Part shown: one piece after another, positions 27,660 through 40,600 of the stretch | Position numbering within the stretch: position 1 is the first letter of the stretch | Layout: each line of letters begins with the position of its first letter | Assembly: GCA_964016885.1 (NCBI GenBank) | Contig: OZ024744.1 | Span: forward strand, 868,001-932,000 | Direction of reading: 5' to 3' | Length of the DNA stretch: 64,000 nt | Source: Eledone cirrhosa | Taxonomy: Eukaryota | The notes under the pieces: model-generated | What the model saw: the letters and a program-made list of their open reading frames with translations, nothing else | What the model was told of the DNA's origin: nothing | Database searches by the model: none | Made by a program: the position numbers and the translations under genes

Positions 27660-30600
27660 TTGGTGAAGAACGAAGTTTTGAGGGAAGACAAGGTAGAGAA
27701 AGATAGCTTGATGAAGAACGAAGTTTTGAGGGAAGACAAGGTAGAGAAAGATAGCTTGGTGAAGAACGAAGTTTTGAGGGAAGACAAGGTAGAGAAAGAT
27801 AGCTTCATGAAGAACGAAGTTTTGAGGGAAGACAAGGTAGAGAAAGATAGCTTGGTGAAGAACGAAGTTTTGAGGGAAGACAAAGTATAGAAAGATAGCT
27901 TGGTGAAGAACGAAGTTTTGGGGGAAGACAATGTAGAGAAAGATAGCTTGATGAAGAACGAAGTTTTGGGGGAAGACAAGGTAGAGAAAGATAGCTTGGT
28001 GAAGAACGAAGTTTTGAGGGAAGACAAGGTAGAGAAAGATAGCTTGGTGAAGAACGAAGTTTTGAGGGAAGACAAGGTAGAGAAAGATAGCTTGGTGAAG
28101 AACGAAGTTTTGGGGGAAGACAAGGTAGAGAAAGATAGCTTGGTGAAGAACGAAGTTTTGAGGGAAGACAAGGTAGAGAAAGATAGTTGGTGAAGAACGA
28201 AATTTTGAGGGAAGACAAGGTAGAGAAAAATAGCTTGGTGAAGAACGACGTTTTGAGGGAAGACAAGGTAGAGAAAGATAGCTTGGTGAAGAACGAAGTT
28301 TTGGGGGAAGACAAGGTAGAGAAAGATAGCTTGATGAAGTACGAAGTTTTGGGGGAAGACAAGGTAGAGAAAGATAGCTTGGTGAAGAACGACGTTTTGA
28401 GGGAAGACAAGGTAGAGAAAGATAGCTTGGTGAAGAACGAAGTTTTGGGGGAAGACAAGGTAGAGAAAGATAGCTTGATGAAGTACGAAGTTTTGGGGGA
28501 AGACAAGGTAGAGAAAGATAGCTTGGTGAAGAACGACGTTTTGTGGGAAGACAAGGTAGAGAAACATAGTTGGTGAAGAACGAAGTTTTGAGGGAAGACA
28601 AGGTAGAGAAAGATAGCTTGATGAAGAACGAAGTTTTGAGGGAAGACAAGGTAGAGAAAGATAGCTTGGTGAAGAACGAAGTTTTGAGGGAAGACAAGGT
28701 AGAGAAAGATAGCTTCATGAAGAACGAAGTTTTGGGGGAAGACAAAGTATAGAAAGATAGCTTGGTGAAGAACGGAGTTTTGGGGGAAGACAATGTAGAG
28801 AAAGATAGCTTGATGAAGAACGAAGTTTTGGAGGAAGACAAGGTAGAGAAAGATAGCTTGGTGAAGAACGAGGTTTTGAGGGAAGACAAGGTAGAGAAAG
28901 ATAGCTTGGTGAAGAACGAAGTTTTGGGGGAAGACAAGGTAGAGAAAGATAGCTTGGTGAAGAACGAAGTTTTGAGGGAAGACAAGGTAGAGAAAGATAG
29001 CTTGGTGAAGAACGAAGTTTTGGGGGAAGACAAGGTAGAGAAAGATAGCTTGGTGAAGAACGAGGTTTTGAGGGAAGACAAGGTAGAGAAAGATAGCTTG
29101 GTGAAGAACGAAGTTTTGGGAGAAGACAAGGTAGAGAAAGATAGCTTGGTGAAGAACGAAGTTTTGAGGGAAGACAAGGTAGAGAAAGATAGCTTGGTGA
29201 AGAACGAAGTTTTGGGGGAAGACAAGGTAGAGAAAGATAGCTTGGTGAAGAACGAAGTTTTGAGGGAAGACAAGGTAGAGAAAGATAGTTGGTGAAGAAC
29301 GAAATTTTGAGGGAAGACAAGGTAGAGAAAAATAGCTTGGTGAAGAACGACGTTTTGAGGGAAGACAAGGTAGAGAAAGATAGCTTGGTGAAGAACGACG
29401 TTTTGAGGGAAGACAAGGTAGAGAAAGATAGCTTGGTGAAGAACGAAGTTTTGGGGGAAGACAAGGTAGAGAAAGATAGCTTGATGAAGTACGAAGTTTT
29501 GGGGGAAGACAAGGTAGAGAAAGATAGCTTGGTGAAGAACGACGTTTTGTGGGAAGACAAGGTAGAGAAACATAGTTGGTGAAGAACGAAGTTTTGAGGG
29601 AAGACAAGGTAGAGAAAGATAGCTTGATGAAGAACGAAGTTTTGAGGGAAGACAAGGTAGAGAAAGATAGCTTGGTGAAGAACGAAGTTTTGAGGGAAGA
29701 CAAGGTAGAGAAAGATAGCTTCATGAAGAACGAAGTTTTGAGGGAAGACAAGGTAGAGAAAGATAGCTTGGTGAAGAACGAAGTTTTGAGGGAAGACAAA
29801 GTATAGAAAGATAGCTTGGTGAAGAACGAAGTTTTGGGGGAAGACAATGTAGAGAAAGATAGCTTGATGAAGAACGAAGTTTTGGGGGAAGACAAGGTAG
29901 AGAAAGATAGCTTGGTGAAGAACGAAGTTTTGAGGGAAGACAAGGTAGAGAAAGATAGCTTGGTGAAGAACGAAGTTTTGAGGGAAGACAAGGTAGAGAA
30001 AGATAGCTTGGTGAAGAACGAAGTTTTGGGGGCAGACAAGGTAGAGAAAGATAGCTTGGTGAAGAACGAAGTTTTGAGGGAAGACAGGGTAGAGAAAGAT
30101 AGTTGGTGAAGAACGAAATTTTGAGGGAAGACAAGGTAGAGAAAAATAGCTTGGTGAAGAACGACGTTTTGAGGGAAGACAAGGTAGAGAAAGATAGCTT
30201 GGTGAAGAACGAAGTTTTGGGGGAAGACAAGGTAGAGAAAGATAGCTTGATGAAGTACGAAGTTTTGGGGGAAGACAAGGTAGAGAAAGATAGCTTGGTG
30301 AAGAACGACGTTTTGAGGGAAGACAAGGTAGAGAAAGATAGCTTGGTGAAGAACGAAGTTTTGGGGGAAGACAAGGTAGAGAAAGATAGCTTGATGAAGT
30401 ACGAAGTTTTGGGGGAAGACAAGGTAGAGAAAGATAGCTTGGTGAAGAACGACGTTTTGTGGGAAGACAAGGTAGAGAAACATAGTTGGTGAAGAACGAA
30501 GTTTTGAGGGAAGACAAGGTAGAGAAAGATAGCTTGATGAAGAACGAAGTTTTGAGGGAAGACAAGGTAGAGAAAGATAGCTTGGTGAAGAACGAAGTTT

Positions 30601-31000
30601 TGAGGGAAGACAAGGTAGAGAAAGATAGCTTCATGAAGAACGAAGTTTTGGGGGAAGACAAAGTATAGAAAGATAGCTTGGTGAAGAACGAAGTTTTGGG
30701 GGAAGTCAATGTAGAGAAAGATAGCTTGATGAAGAACGAAGTTTTGGGGGAAGACAAGGTAGAGAAAGATAGCTTGGTGAAGAACGAGGTTTTGAGGGAA
30801 GACAAGGTAGAGAAAGATAGCTTGGTGAAGAACGAAGTTTTGGGGGAAGACAAGGTAGAGAAAGATAGCTTGGTGAAGAACGAAGTTTTGAGGGAAGACA
30901 AGGTAGAGAAAGATAGCTTGGTGAAGAACGAAGTTTTGGGGGAAGACAAGGTAGAGAAAGATAGCTTGGGGAAGAACGAAGTTTTGAGGGAAGACAAGGT
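27660..31000. repeat. 1,916-bp (40-mer) tandem HOR duplication
   Basis: ORF starts 27660,27900,28187,28570,28762 recur at 29576,29816,30103,30486,30678. Confidence 0.8.
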
Positions 31001-34000
31001 AGAGAAAGATAGTTGGTGAAGAACGAAATTTTGAGGGAAGACAAGGTAGAGAAAAATAGCTTGGTGAAGAACGACGTTTTGAGGGAAGACAAGGTAGAGA
31101 AAGATAGCTTGGTGAAGAACGAAGTTTTGGGGGAAGACAAGGTAGAGAAAGATAGCTTGATGAAGTACGAAGTTTTGGGGGAAGACAAGGTAGAGAAAGA
31201 TAGCTTGATGAAGTACGAAGTTTTGGGGGAAGACAAGGTAGAGAAAGATAGCTTGGTGAAGAACGACGTTTTGTGGGAAGACAAGGTAGAGAAACATAGT
31301 TGGTGAAGAACGAAGTTTTGAGGGAAGACAAGGTAGAGAAAGATAGCTTGATGAAGAACGAAGTTTTGAGGGAAGACAAGGTAGAGAAAGATAGCTTGGT
31401 GAAGAACGAAGTTTTGAGGGAAGACAAGGTAGAGAAAGATAGCTTCATGAAGAACGAAGTTTTGAGGGAAGACAAGGTAGAGAACGATAGCTTGGTGAAG
31501 AACGAAGTTTTGAGGGAAGACAAAGTATAGAAAGATAGCTTGGTGAAGAACGAAGTTTTGGGGGAAGACAATGTAGAGAAAGATAGCTTGATGAAGAACG
31601 AAGTTTTGGGGGAAGACAAGGTAGAGTAAGATAGCTTGGTGAAGAACGAAGTTTTGAGGGAAGACAAGGTAGAGAAAGTTAGCTTGGTGAAGAACGAAGT
31701 TTTGAGGGAAGACAAGGTAGAGAAAGATAGCTTGGTGAAGAACGAAGTTTTGGGGGAAGACAAGGTAGAGAAAGATAGCTTGGTGAAGAACGAAGTTTTG
31801 AGGGAAGACAAGGTAGAGAAAGATAGTTGGTGAAGAACGAAATTTTGAGGGAAGACAAGGTAGAGAAAAATAGCTTGGTGAAGAACGACGTTTTGAGGGA
31901 AGACAAGGTAGAGAAAGATAGCTTGGTGAAGAACGAAGTTTTGGGGGAAGACAAGGTAGAGAAAGATAGCTTGATGAAGTACGAAGTTTTGGGGGAAGAC
32001 AAGGTAGAGAAAGATAGCTTGGTGAAGAACGACGTTTTGAGGGAAGACAAGGTAGAGAAAGATAGCTTAGTGAAGAACGAAGTTTTGGGGGAAGACAAGG
32101 TAGAGAAAGATAGCTTGGTGAAGAACGAGGTTTTGAGGGAAGACAAGGTAGAGAAAGATAGCTTGGTGAAGAACGAAGTTTTGGGGGAAGACAAGGTAGA
32201 GAAAGATAGCTTGGTGAAGAACGAAGTTTTGAGGGAAGACAAGGTAGAGAAAGATAGCTTGGTGAAGAACGAAGTTTTGGGGGAAGACAAGGTAGAGAAA
32301 GATAGCTTGGGGAAGAACGAAGTTTTGAGGGAAGACAAGGTAGAGAAAGATAGTTGGTGAAGAACGAAATTTTGAGGGAAGACAAGGTAGAGAAAAATAG
32401 CTTGGTGAAGAACGACGTTTTGAGGGAAGACAAGGTAGAGAAAGATAGCTTGGTGAAGAACGAAGTTTTGGGGGAAGACAAGGTAGAGAAAGATAGCTTG
32501 ATGAAGTACGAAGTTTTGGGGGAAGACAAGGTAGAGAAAGATAGCTTGATGAAGTACGAAGTTTTGGGGGAAGACAAGGTAGAGAAAGATAGCTTGGTGA
32601 AGAACGACGTTTTGTGGGAAGACAAGGTAGAGAAACATAGTTGGTGAAGAACGAAGTTTTGAGGGAAGACAAGGTAGAGAAAGATAGCTTGATGAAGAAC
32701 GAAGTTTTGAGGGAAGACAAGGTAGAGAAAGATAGCTTGGTGAAGAACGAAGTTTTGAGGGAAGACAAGGTAGAGAAAGATAGCTTCATGAAGAACGAAG
32801 TTTTGAGGGAAGACAAGGTAGAGAACGATAGCTTGGTGAAGAACGAAGTTTTGAGGGAAGACAAAGTATAGAAAGATAGCTTGGTGAAGAACGAAGTTTT
32901 GGGGGAAGACAATGTAGAGAAAGATAGCTTGATGAAGAACGAAGTTTTGGGGGAAGACAAGGTAGAGTAAGATAGCTTGGTGAAGAACGAAGTTTTGAGG
33001 GAAGACAAGGTAGAGAAAGTTAGCTTGGTGAAGAACGAAGTTTTGAGGGAAGACAAGGTAGAGAAAGATAGCTTGGTGAAGAACGAAGTTTTGGGGGAAG
33101 ACAAGGTAGAGAAAGATAGCTTGGTGAAGAACGAAGTTTTGAGGGAAGACAAGGTAGAGAAAGATAGTTGGTGAAGAACGAAATTTTGAGGGAAGACAAG
33201 GTAGAGAAAAATAGCTTGGTGAAGAACGACGTTTTGAGGGAAGACAAGGTAGAGAAAGATAGCTTGGTGAAGAACGAAGTTTTGGGGGAAGACAAGGTAG
33301 AGAAAGATAGCTTGATGAAGTACGAAGTTTTGGGGGAAGACAAGGTAGAGAAAGATAGCTTGGTGAAGAACGACGTTTTGAGGGAAGACAAGGTAGAGAA
33401 AGATAGCTTAGTGAAGAACGAAGTTTTGGGGGAAGACAAGGTAGAGAAAGATAGCTTGATGAAGTACGAAGTTTTGGGGGAAGACAAGGTAGAGAAAGAT
33501 AGCTTGGTGAAGAACGACGTTTTGTGGGAAGACAAGGTAGAGAAACATAGTTGGTGAAGAACGAAGTTTTGAGGGAAGACAAGGTAGAGAAAGATAGCTT
33601 GATGAAGAACGAAGTTTTGAGGGAAGACAAGGTAGAGAAAGATAGCTTGGTGAAGAACGAAGTTTTGAGGGAAGACAAGGTAGAGAAAGATAGCTTCATG
33701 AAGAACGAAGTTTTGAGGGAAGACAAGGTAGAGAAAGATAGCTTGGTGAAGAACGAAGTTTTGAGGGAAGACAAAGTATAGAAAGATAGCTTGGTGAAGA
33801 ACGAAGTTTTGGGGGAAGACAATGTAGAGAAAGATAGCTTGATGAAGAACGAAGTTTTGGGGGAAGACAAGGTAGAGAAAGATAGCTTGGTGAAGAACGA
33901 AGTTTTGAGGGAAGACAAGGTAGAGAAAGATAGCTTGGTGAAGAACGAATTTTGGGGGAAGACAAGGTAGAGAAAGATAGCTTGGTGAAGAACGAAGTTT

Positions 34001-37000
34001 TGAGGGAAGACAATGTAGAGAAAGATAGCTTGGTGAAGAACGAAGTTTTGGGGGAAGACAAGGTAGAGAAAGATAGCTTGGTGAAGAACGAAGTTTTGAG
34101 GGAAGACAAGGTAGAGAAAGATAGCTTGGTGAAGAACGAAGTTTTGGGGGAAGACAAGGTAGAGAAATATAGCTCGGTGAAGAACGAAGTTTTGAGGGAA
34201 GACAAGGTAGAGAAAGATAGCTTGGTGAAGAACGAAGTTTTGGGGGAAGACAAGGTAGAGAAAGATAGCTTGGTAAAGAACGAAGTTTTGAGGGAAGACA
34301 AGGTAGAGAAAGATAGCTTGGTGAAGAACGAAGTTTTGGGGGAAGACAAGGTAGAGAAAGATAGCTTGGTGAAGAACGAAGTTTTGAGGGAAGACAAGGT
34401 AGAGAAAGATAGCTTGGTGAAGAACGAAGTTTTGGGGGAAGACAAGGTAGAGAAAGATAGCTTGGTGAAGAACGAAGTTTTGAGGGAAGACAAGGTAGAG
34501 AAAGATAGCTTGGTGAAGAACGAAGTTTTGGGGGAAGACAAGGTAGAGAAAGATAGCTTGGGGAAGAACGAAGTTTTGAGGGAAGACAAGGTAGAGAAAG
34601 ATAGTTGGTGAAGAACGAAATTTTGAGGGAAGACAAGGTAGAGAAAAATAGCTTGGTGAAGAACGACGTTTTGAGGGAAGACAAGGTAGAGAAAGATAGC
34701 TTGGTGAAGAACGAAGTTTTGGGGGAAGACAAGGTAGAGAAAGATAGCTTGATGAAGTACGAAGTTTTGGGGGAAGACAAGGTAGAGAAAGATAGCTTGA
34801 TGAAGTACGAAGTTTTGGGGGAAGACAAGGTAGAGAAAGATAGCTTGGTGAAGAACGACGTTTTGTGGGAAGACAAGGTAGAGAAACATAGTTGGTGAAG
34901 AACGAAGTTTTGAGGGAAGACAAGGTAGAGAAAGATAGCTTGATGAAGAACGAAGTTTTGAGGGAAGACAAGGTAGAGAAAGATAGCTTGGTGAAGAACG
35001 AAGTTTTGAGGGAAGACAAGGTAGAGAAAGATAGCTTCATGAAGAACGAAGTTTTGAGGGAAGACAAGGTAGAGAACGATAGCTTGGTGAAGAACGAAGT
35101 TTTGAGGGAAGACAAAGTATAGAAAGATAGCTTGGTGAAGAACGAAGTTTTGGGGGAAGACAATGTAGAGAAAGATAGCTTGATGAAGAACGAAGTTTTG
35201 GGGGAAGACAAGGTAGAGTAAGATAGCTTGGTGAAGAACGAAGTTTTGAGGGAAGACAAGGTAGAGAAAGTTAGCTTGGTGAAGAACGAAGTTTTGAGGG
35301 AAGACAAGGTAGAGAAAGATAGCTTGGTGAAGAACGAAGTTTTGGGGGAAGACAAGGTAGAGAAAGATAGCTTGGTGAAGAACGAAGTTTTGAGGGAAGA
35401 CAAGGTAGAGAAAGATAGTTGGTGAAGAACGAAATTTTGAGGGAAGACAAGGTAGAGAAAAATAGCTTGGTGAAGAACGACGTTTTGAGGGAAGACAAGG
35501 TAGAGAAAGATAGCTTGGTGAAGAACGAAGTTTTGGGGGAAGACAAGGTAGAGAAAGATAGCTTGATGAAGTACGAAGTTTTGGGGGAAGACAAGGTAGA
35601 GAAAGATAGCTTGGTGAAGAACGACGTTTTGAGGGAAGACAAGGTAGAGAAAGATAGCTTAGTGAAGAACGAAGTTTTGGGGGAAGACAAGGTAGAGAAA
35701 GATAGCTTGATGAAGTACGAAGTTTTGGGGGAAGACAAGGTAGAGAAAGATAGCTTGGTGAAGAACGACGTTTTGTGGGAAGACAAGGTAGAGAAACATA
35801 GTTGGTGAAGAACGAAGTTTTGAGGGAAGACAAGGTAGAGAAATATAGCTCGGTGAAGAACGAAGTTTTGAGGGAAGACAAGGTAGAGAAAGATAGCTTG
35901 GTGAAGAACGAAGTTTTGGGGGAAGACAAGGTAGAGAAAGATAGCTTGGTAAAGAACGAAGTTTTGAGGGAAGACAAGGTAGAGAAAGATAGCTTGGTGA
36001 AGAACGAAGTTTTGGGGGAAGACAAGGTAGAGAAAGATAGCTTGGTGAAGAACGAAGTTTTGAGGGAAGACAAGGTAGAGAAAGATAGCTTGGTGAAGAA
36101 CGAAGTTTTGGGGGAAGACAAGGTAGAGAAAGATAGCTTGGTGAAGAACGAAGTTTTGAGGGAAGACAAGGTAGAGAAAGATAGCTTGGTGAAGAACGAA
36201 GTTTTGGGGGAAGACAAGGTAGAGAAAGATAGCTTGGGGAAGAACGAAGTTTTGAGGGAAGACAAGGTAGAGAAAGATAGTTGGTGAAGAACGAAATTTT
36301 GAGGGAAGACAAGGTAGAGAAAAATAGCTTGGTGAAGAACGACGTTTTGAGGGAAGACAAGGTAGAGAAAGATAGCTTGGTGAAGAACGAAGTTTTGGGG
36401 GAAGACAAGGTAGAGAAAGATAGCTTGATGAAGTACGAAGTTTTGGGGGAAGACAAGGTAGAGAAAGATAGCTTGATGAAGTACGAAGTTTTGGGGGAAG
36501 ACAAGGTAGAGAAAGATAGCTTGGTGAAGAACGACGTTTTGTGGGAAGACAAGGTAGAGAAACATAGTTGGTGAAGAACGAAGTTTTGAGGGAAGACAAG
36601 GTAGAGAAAGATAGCTTGATGAAGAACGAAGTTTTGAGGGAAGACAAGGTAGAGAAAGATAGCTTGGTGAAGAACGAAGTTTTGAGGGAAGACAAGGTAG
36701 AGAAAGATAGCTTCATGAAGAACGAAGTTTTGAGGGAAGACAAGGTAGAGAACGATAGCTTGGTGAAGAACGAAGTTTTGAGGGAAGACAAAGTATAGAA
36801 AGATAGCTTGGTGAAGAACGAAGTTTTGGGGGAAGACAATGTAGAGAAAGATAGCTTGATGAAGAACGAAGTTTTGGGGGAAGACAAGGTAGAGTAAGAT
36901 AGCTTGGTGAAGAACGAAGTTTTGAGGGAAGACAAGGTAGAGAAAGTTAGCTTGGTGAAGAACGAAGTTTTGAGGGAAGACAAGGTAGAGAAAGATAGCT

Positions 37001-37480
37001 TGGTGAAGAACGAAGTTTTGGGGGAAGACAAGGTAGAGAAAGATAGCTTGGTGAAGAACGAAGTTTTGAGGGAAGACAAGGTAGAGAAAGATAGTTGGTG
37101 AAGAACGAAATTTTGAGGGAAGACAAGGTAGAGAAAAATAGCTTGGTGAAGAACGACGTTTTGAGGGAAGACAAGGTAGAGAAAGATAGCTTGGTGAAGA
37201 ACGAAGTTTTGGGGGAAGACAAGGTAGAGAAAGATAGCTTGATGAAGTACGAAGTTTTGGGGGAAGACAAGGTAGAGAAAGATAGCTTGGTGAAGAACGA
37301 CGTTTTGAGGGAAGACAAGGTAGAGAAAGATAGCTTAGTGAAGAACGAAGTTTTGGGGGAAGACAAGGTAGAGAAAGATAGCTTGATGAAGTACGAAGTT
37401 TTGGGGGAAGACAAGGTAGAGAAAGATAGCTTGGTGAAGAACGACGTTTTGTGGGAAGACAAGGTAGAGAAACATAGTTG
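30960..37480. repeat. Regional sub-family: four copies of an approximately 1.1-kb cassette with private markers
   Basis: The GAGTAAG variant (T at 31627, 32968, 35219, 36895; spacings 1341, 2251, 1676) is linked to TTGGGGAAG, GAGAACGAT and AAAGTTAGC. These markers were seen only in this interval. Confidence 0.9.
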
Positions 37481-40400
37481 GTGAAGAACGAAGTTTTGAG
37501 GGAAGACAAGGTAGAGAAAGATAGCTTGATGAAGAACGAAGTTTTGAGGGAAGACAAGGTAGAGAAAGATAGCTTGGTGAAGAACGAAGTTTTGAGGGAA
37601 GACAAGGTAGAGAAAGATAGCTTCATGAAGAACGAAGTTTTGAGGGAAGACAAGGTAGAGAAAGATAGCTTGGTGAAGAACGAAGTTTTGAGGGAAGACA
37701 AAGTATAGAAAGATAGCTTGGTGAAGAACGAAGTTTTGGGGGAAGACAATGTAGAGAAAGATAGCTTGATGAAGAACGAAGTTTTGGGGGAAGACAAGGT
37801 AGAGAAAGATAGCTTGGTGAAGAACGAAGTTTTGAGGGAAGACAAGGTAGAGAAAGATAGCTTGGTGAAGAACGAATTTTGGGGGAAGACAAGGTAGAGA
37901 AAGATAGCTTGGTGAAGAACGAAGTTTTGAGGGAAGACAATGTAGAGAAAGATAGCTTGGTGAAGAACGAAGTTTTGGGTGAAGACAAGGTAGAGAAAGA
38001 TAGCTTGGTGAAGAACGAAGTTTTGAGGGAAGACAAGGTAGAGAAAGATAGTTGGTGAAGAACGAAATTTTGAGGGAAGACAAGGTAGAGAAAGATAGCT
38101 TGGTGAAGAACGACGTTTTGAGGGAAGACAAGGTAGAGAAAGATAGCTTGGTGAAGAACGACGTTTTGAGGGAAGACAAGGTAGAGAAAGATAGCTTGGT
38201 GAAGAACGAAGTTTTGGGGGAAGACAAGGTAGAGAAAGATAGCTTGATGAAGTACGAAGTTTTGGGGGAAGACAAGGTAGAGAAAGATAGCTTGGTGAAG
38301 AACGACGTTTTGTGGGAAGACAAGGTAGAGAAACATAGTTGGTGAAGAACGAAATTTTGAGGGAAGACAAGGTAGAGAAAGATAGCTTGGTGAAGAACGA
38401 AGTTTTGAGGGAAGACAAGGTAGAGAAAGATAGCTTGATGAAGAACGAAGTTTTGAGGGAAGACAAGGTAGAGAAAGATAGCTTGTTGAAGAACGAAGTT
38501 TTGGGGGAAGACAAGGTAGAGAAATATAGCTCGGTGAAGAACGAAGTTTTGAGGGAAGACAAGGTAGAGAAAGATAGCTTGGTGAAGAACGAAGTTTTGG
38601 GGGAAGACAAGGTAGAGAAAGATAGCTTGGTAAAGAACGAAATTTTGAGGGAAGACAAGGAAGAGAAAGATAGCTTGGTGAAGAACGAAGTTTTAGGGAA
38701 GACAAGGTAGAGAAAGATAGGTTGGTGAAGAACGAAGTTTTGGGGGAAGACAAGGTAGAGAAAGATAGCTTGGTGAAGAACGAAGTTTTGCGGAAGACAA
38801 GGTAGAGAAATATAGCTCGGTAAAGAACGAAGTTTTGAGGGAAGACAAGGTAGAGAAAGATAGTTGGTGAAGAACGAAATTTTGAGGGAAGACAAGGTAG
38901 AGAAAGATAGCTTGATGAAGAACAAAGTTTTGAGGGAAGACAAGGTAGAGAAAGATAGCTTGATGAAGTACGAAGTTTTGGGGGAAGACAAGGTAGAGAA
39001 AGATAGCTTGGTGAAGAACGAAGTTTTGAGGGAAGACAAGGTAGAGAAAGATAGCTTGATGAAGAACGAAGTTTTGAGGGAAGACAAGGTAGAGAAAGAT
39101 AGCTTGGTGAAGAACGAAGTTTTGAGGGAAGACAAGGTAGAGAAAGATAGCTTGGTGAAGAACGAAGTTTTGGGGGAAGACAAGGTAGAGAAAGATAGCT
39201 TGATGAAGTACGAAGTTTTGGGGGAAGACAAGGTAGAGAAAGATAGCTTGGTGAAGAACGACGTTTTGAGGGAAGACAAGGTAGAGAAAGATAGCTTAGT
39301 GAAGAACGAAGTTTTGGGGGAAGACAAGGTAGAGAAAGATAGCTTGATGAAGTACGAAGTTTTGGGGGAAGACAAGGTAGAGAAAGATAGCTTGGTGAAG
39401 AACGACGTTTTGTGGGAAGACAAGGTAGAGAAACATAGTTGGTGAAGAACGAAGTTTTGAGGGAAGACAAGGTAGAGAAAGATAGCTTGATGAAGAACGA
39501 AGTTTTGAGGGAAGACAAGGTAGAGAAAGATAGCTTGGTGAAGAACGAAGTTTTGAGGGAAGACAAGGTAGAGAAAGATAGCTTCATGAAGAACGAAGTT
39601 TTGAGGGAAGACAAGGTAGAGAAAGATAGCTTGGTGAAGAACGAAGTTTTGAGGGAAGACAAAGTATAGAAAGATAGCTTGGTGAAGAACGAAGTTTTGG
39701 GGGAAGACAATGTAGAGAAAGATAGCTTGATGAAGAACGAAGTTTTGGGGGAAGACAAGGTAGAGAAAGATAGCTTGGTGAAGAACGAAGTTTTGAGGGA
39801 AGACAAGGTAGAGAAAGATAGCTTGGTGAAGAACGAATTTTGGGGGAAGACAAGGTAGAGAAAGATAGCTTGGTGAAGAACGAAGTTTTGAGGGAAGACA
39901 ATGTAGAGAAAGATAGCTTGGTGAAGAACGAAGTTTTGGGGGAAGACAAGGTAGAGAAAGATAGCTTGGTGAAGAACGAAGTTTTGAGGGAAGACAAGGT
40001 AGAGAAAGATAGTTGGTGAAGAACGAAATTTTGAGGGAAGACAAGGTAGAGAAAGATAGCTTGGTGAAGAACGACGTTTTGAGGGAAGACAAGGTAGAGA
40101 AAGATAGCTTGGTGAAGAACGACGTTTTGAGGGAAGACAAGGTAGAGAAAGATAGCTTGGTGAAGAACGAAGTTTTGGGGGAAGACAAGGTAGAGAAAGA
40201 TAGCTTGATGAAGTACGAAGTTTTGGGGGAAGACAAGGTAGAGAAAGATAGCTTGGTGAAGAACGACGTTTTGTGGGAAGACAAGGTAGAGAAACATAGT
40301 TGGTGAAGAACGAAATTTTGAGGGAAGACAAGGTAGAGAAAGATAGCTTGGTGAAGAACGAAGTTTTGAGGGAAGACAAGGTAGAGAAAGATAGCTTGAT

Positions 40401-40600
40401 GAAGAACGAAGTTTTGAGGGAAGACAAGGTAGAGAAAGATAGCTTGTTGAAGAACGAAGTTTTGGGGGAAGACAAGGTAGAGAAATATAGCTCGGTGAAG
40501 AACGAAGTTTTGAGGGAAGACAAGGTAGAGAAAGATAGCTTGGTGAAGAACGAAGTTTTGGGGGAAGACAAGGTAGAGAAAGATAGCTTGGTGAAGAACG
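37300..40600. repeat. 1,961-bp (41-mer) HOR duplication
   Basis: 37478->39439, 38052->40013, 38339->40300. Shared GAATTTTG 1-bp deletion (~37876/~39837) and CTTGTTGAAG (~38483/~40444). Confidence 0.82.
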
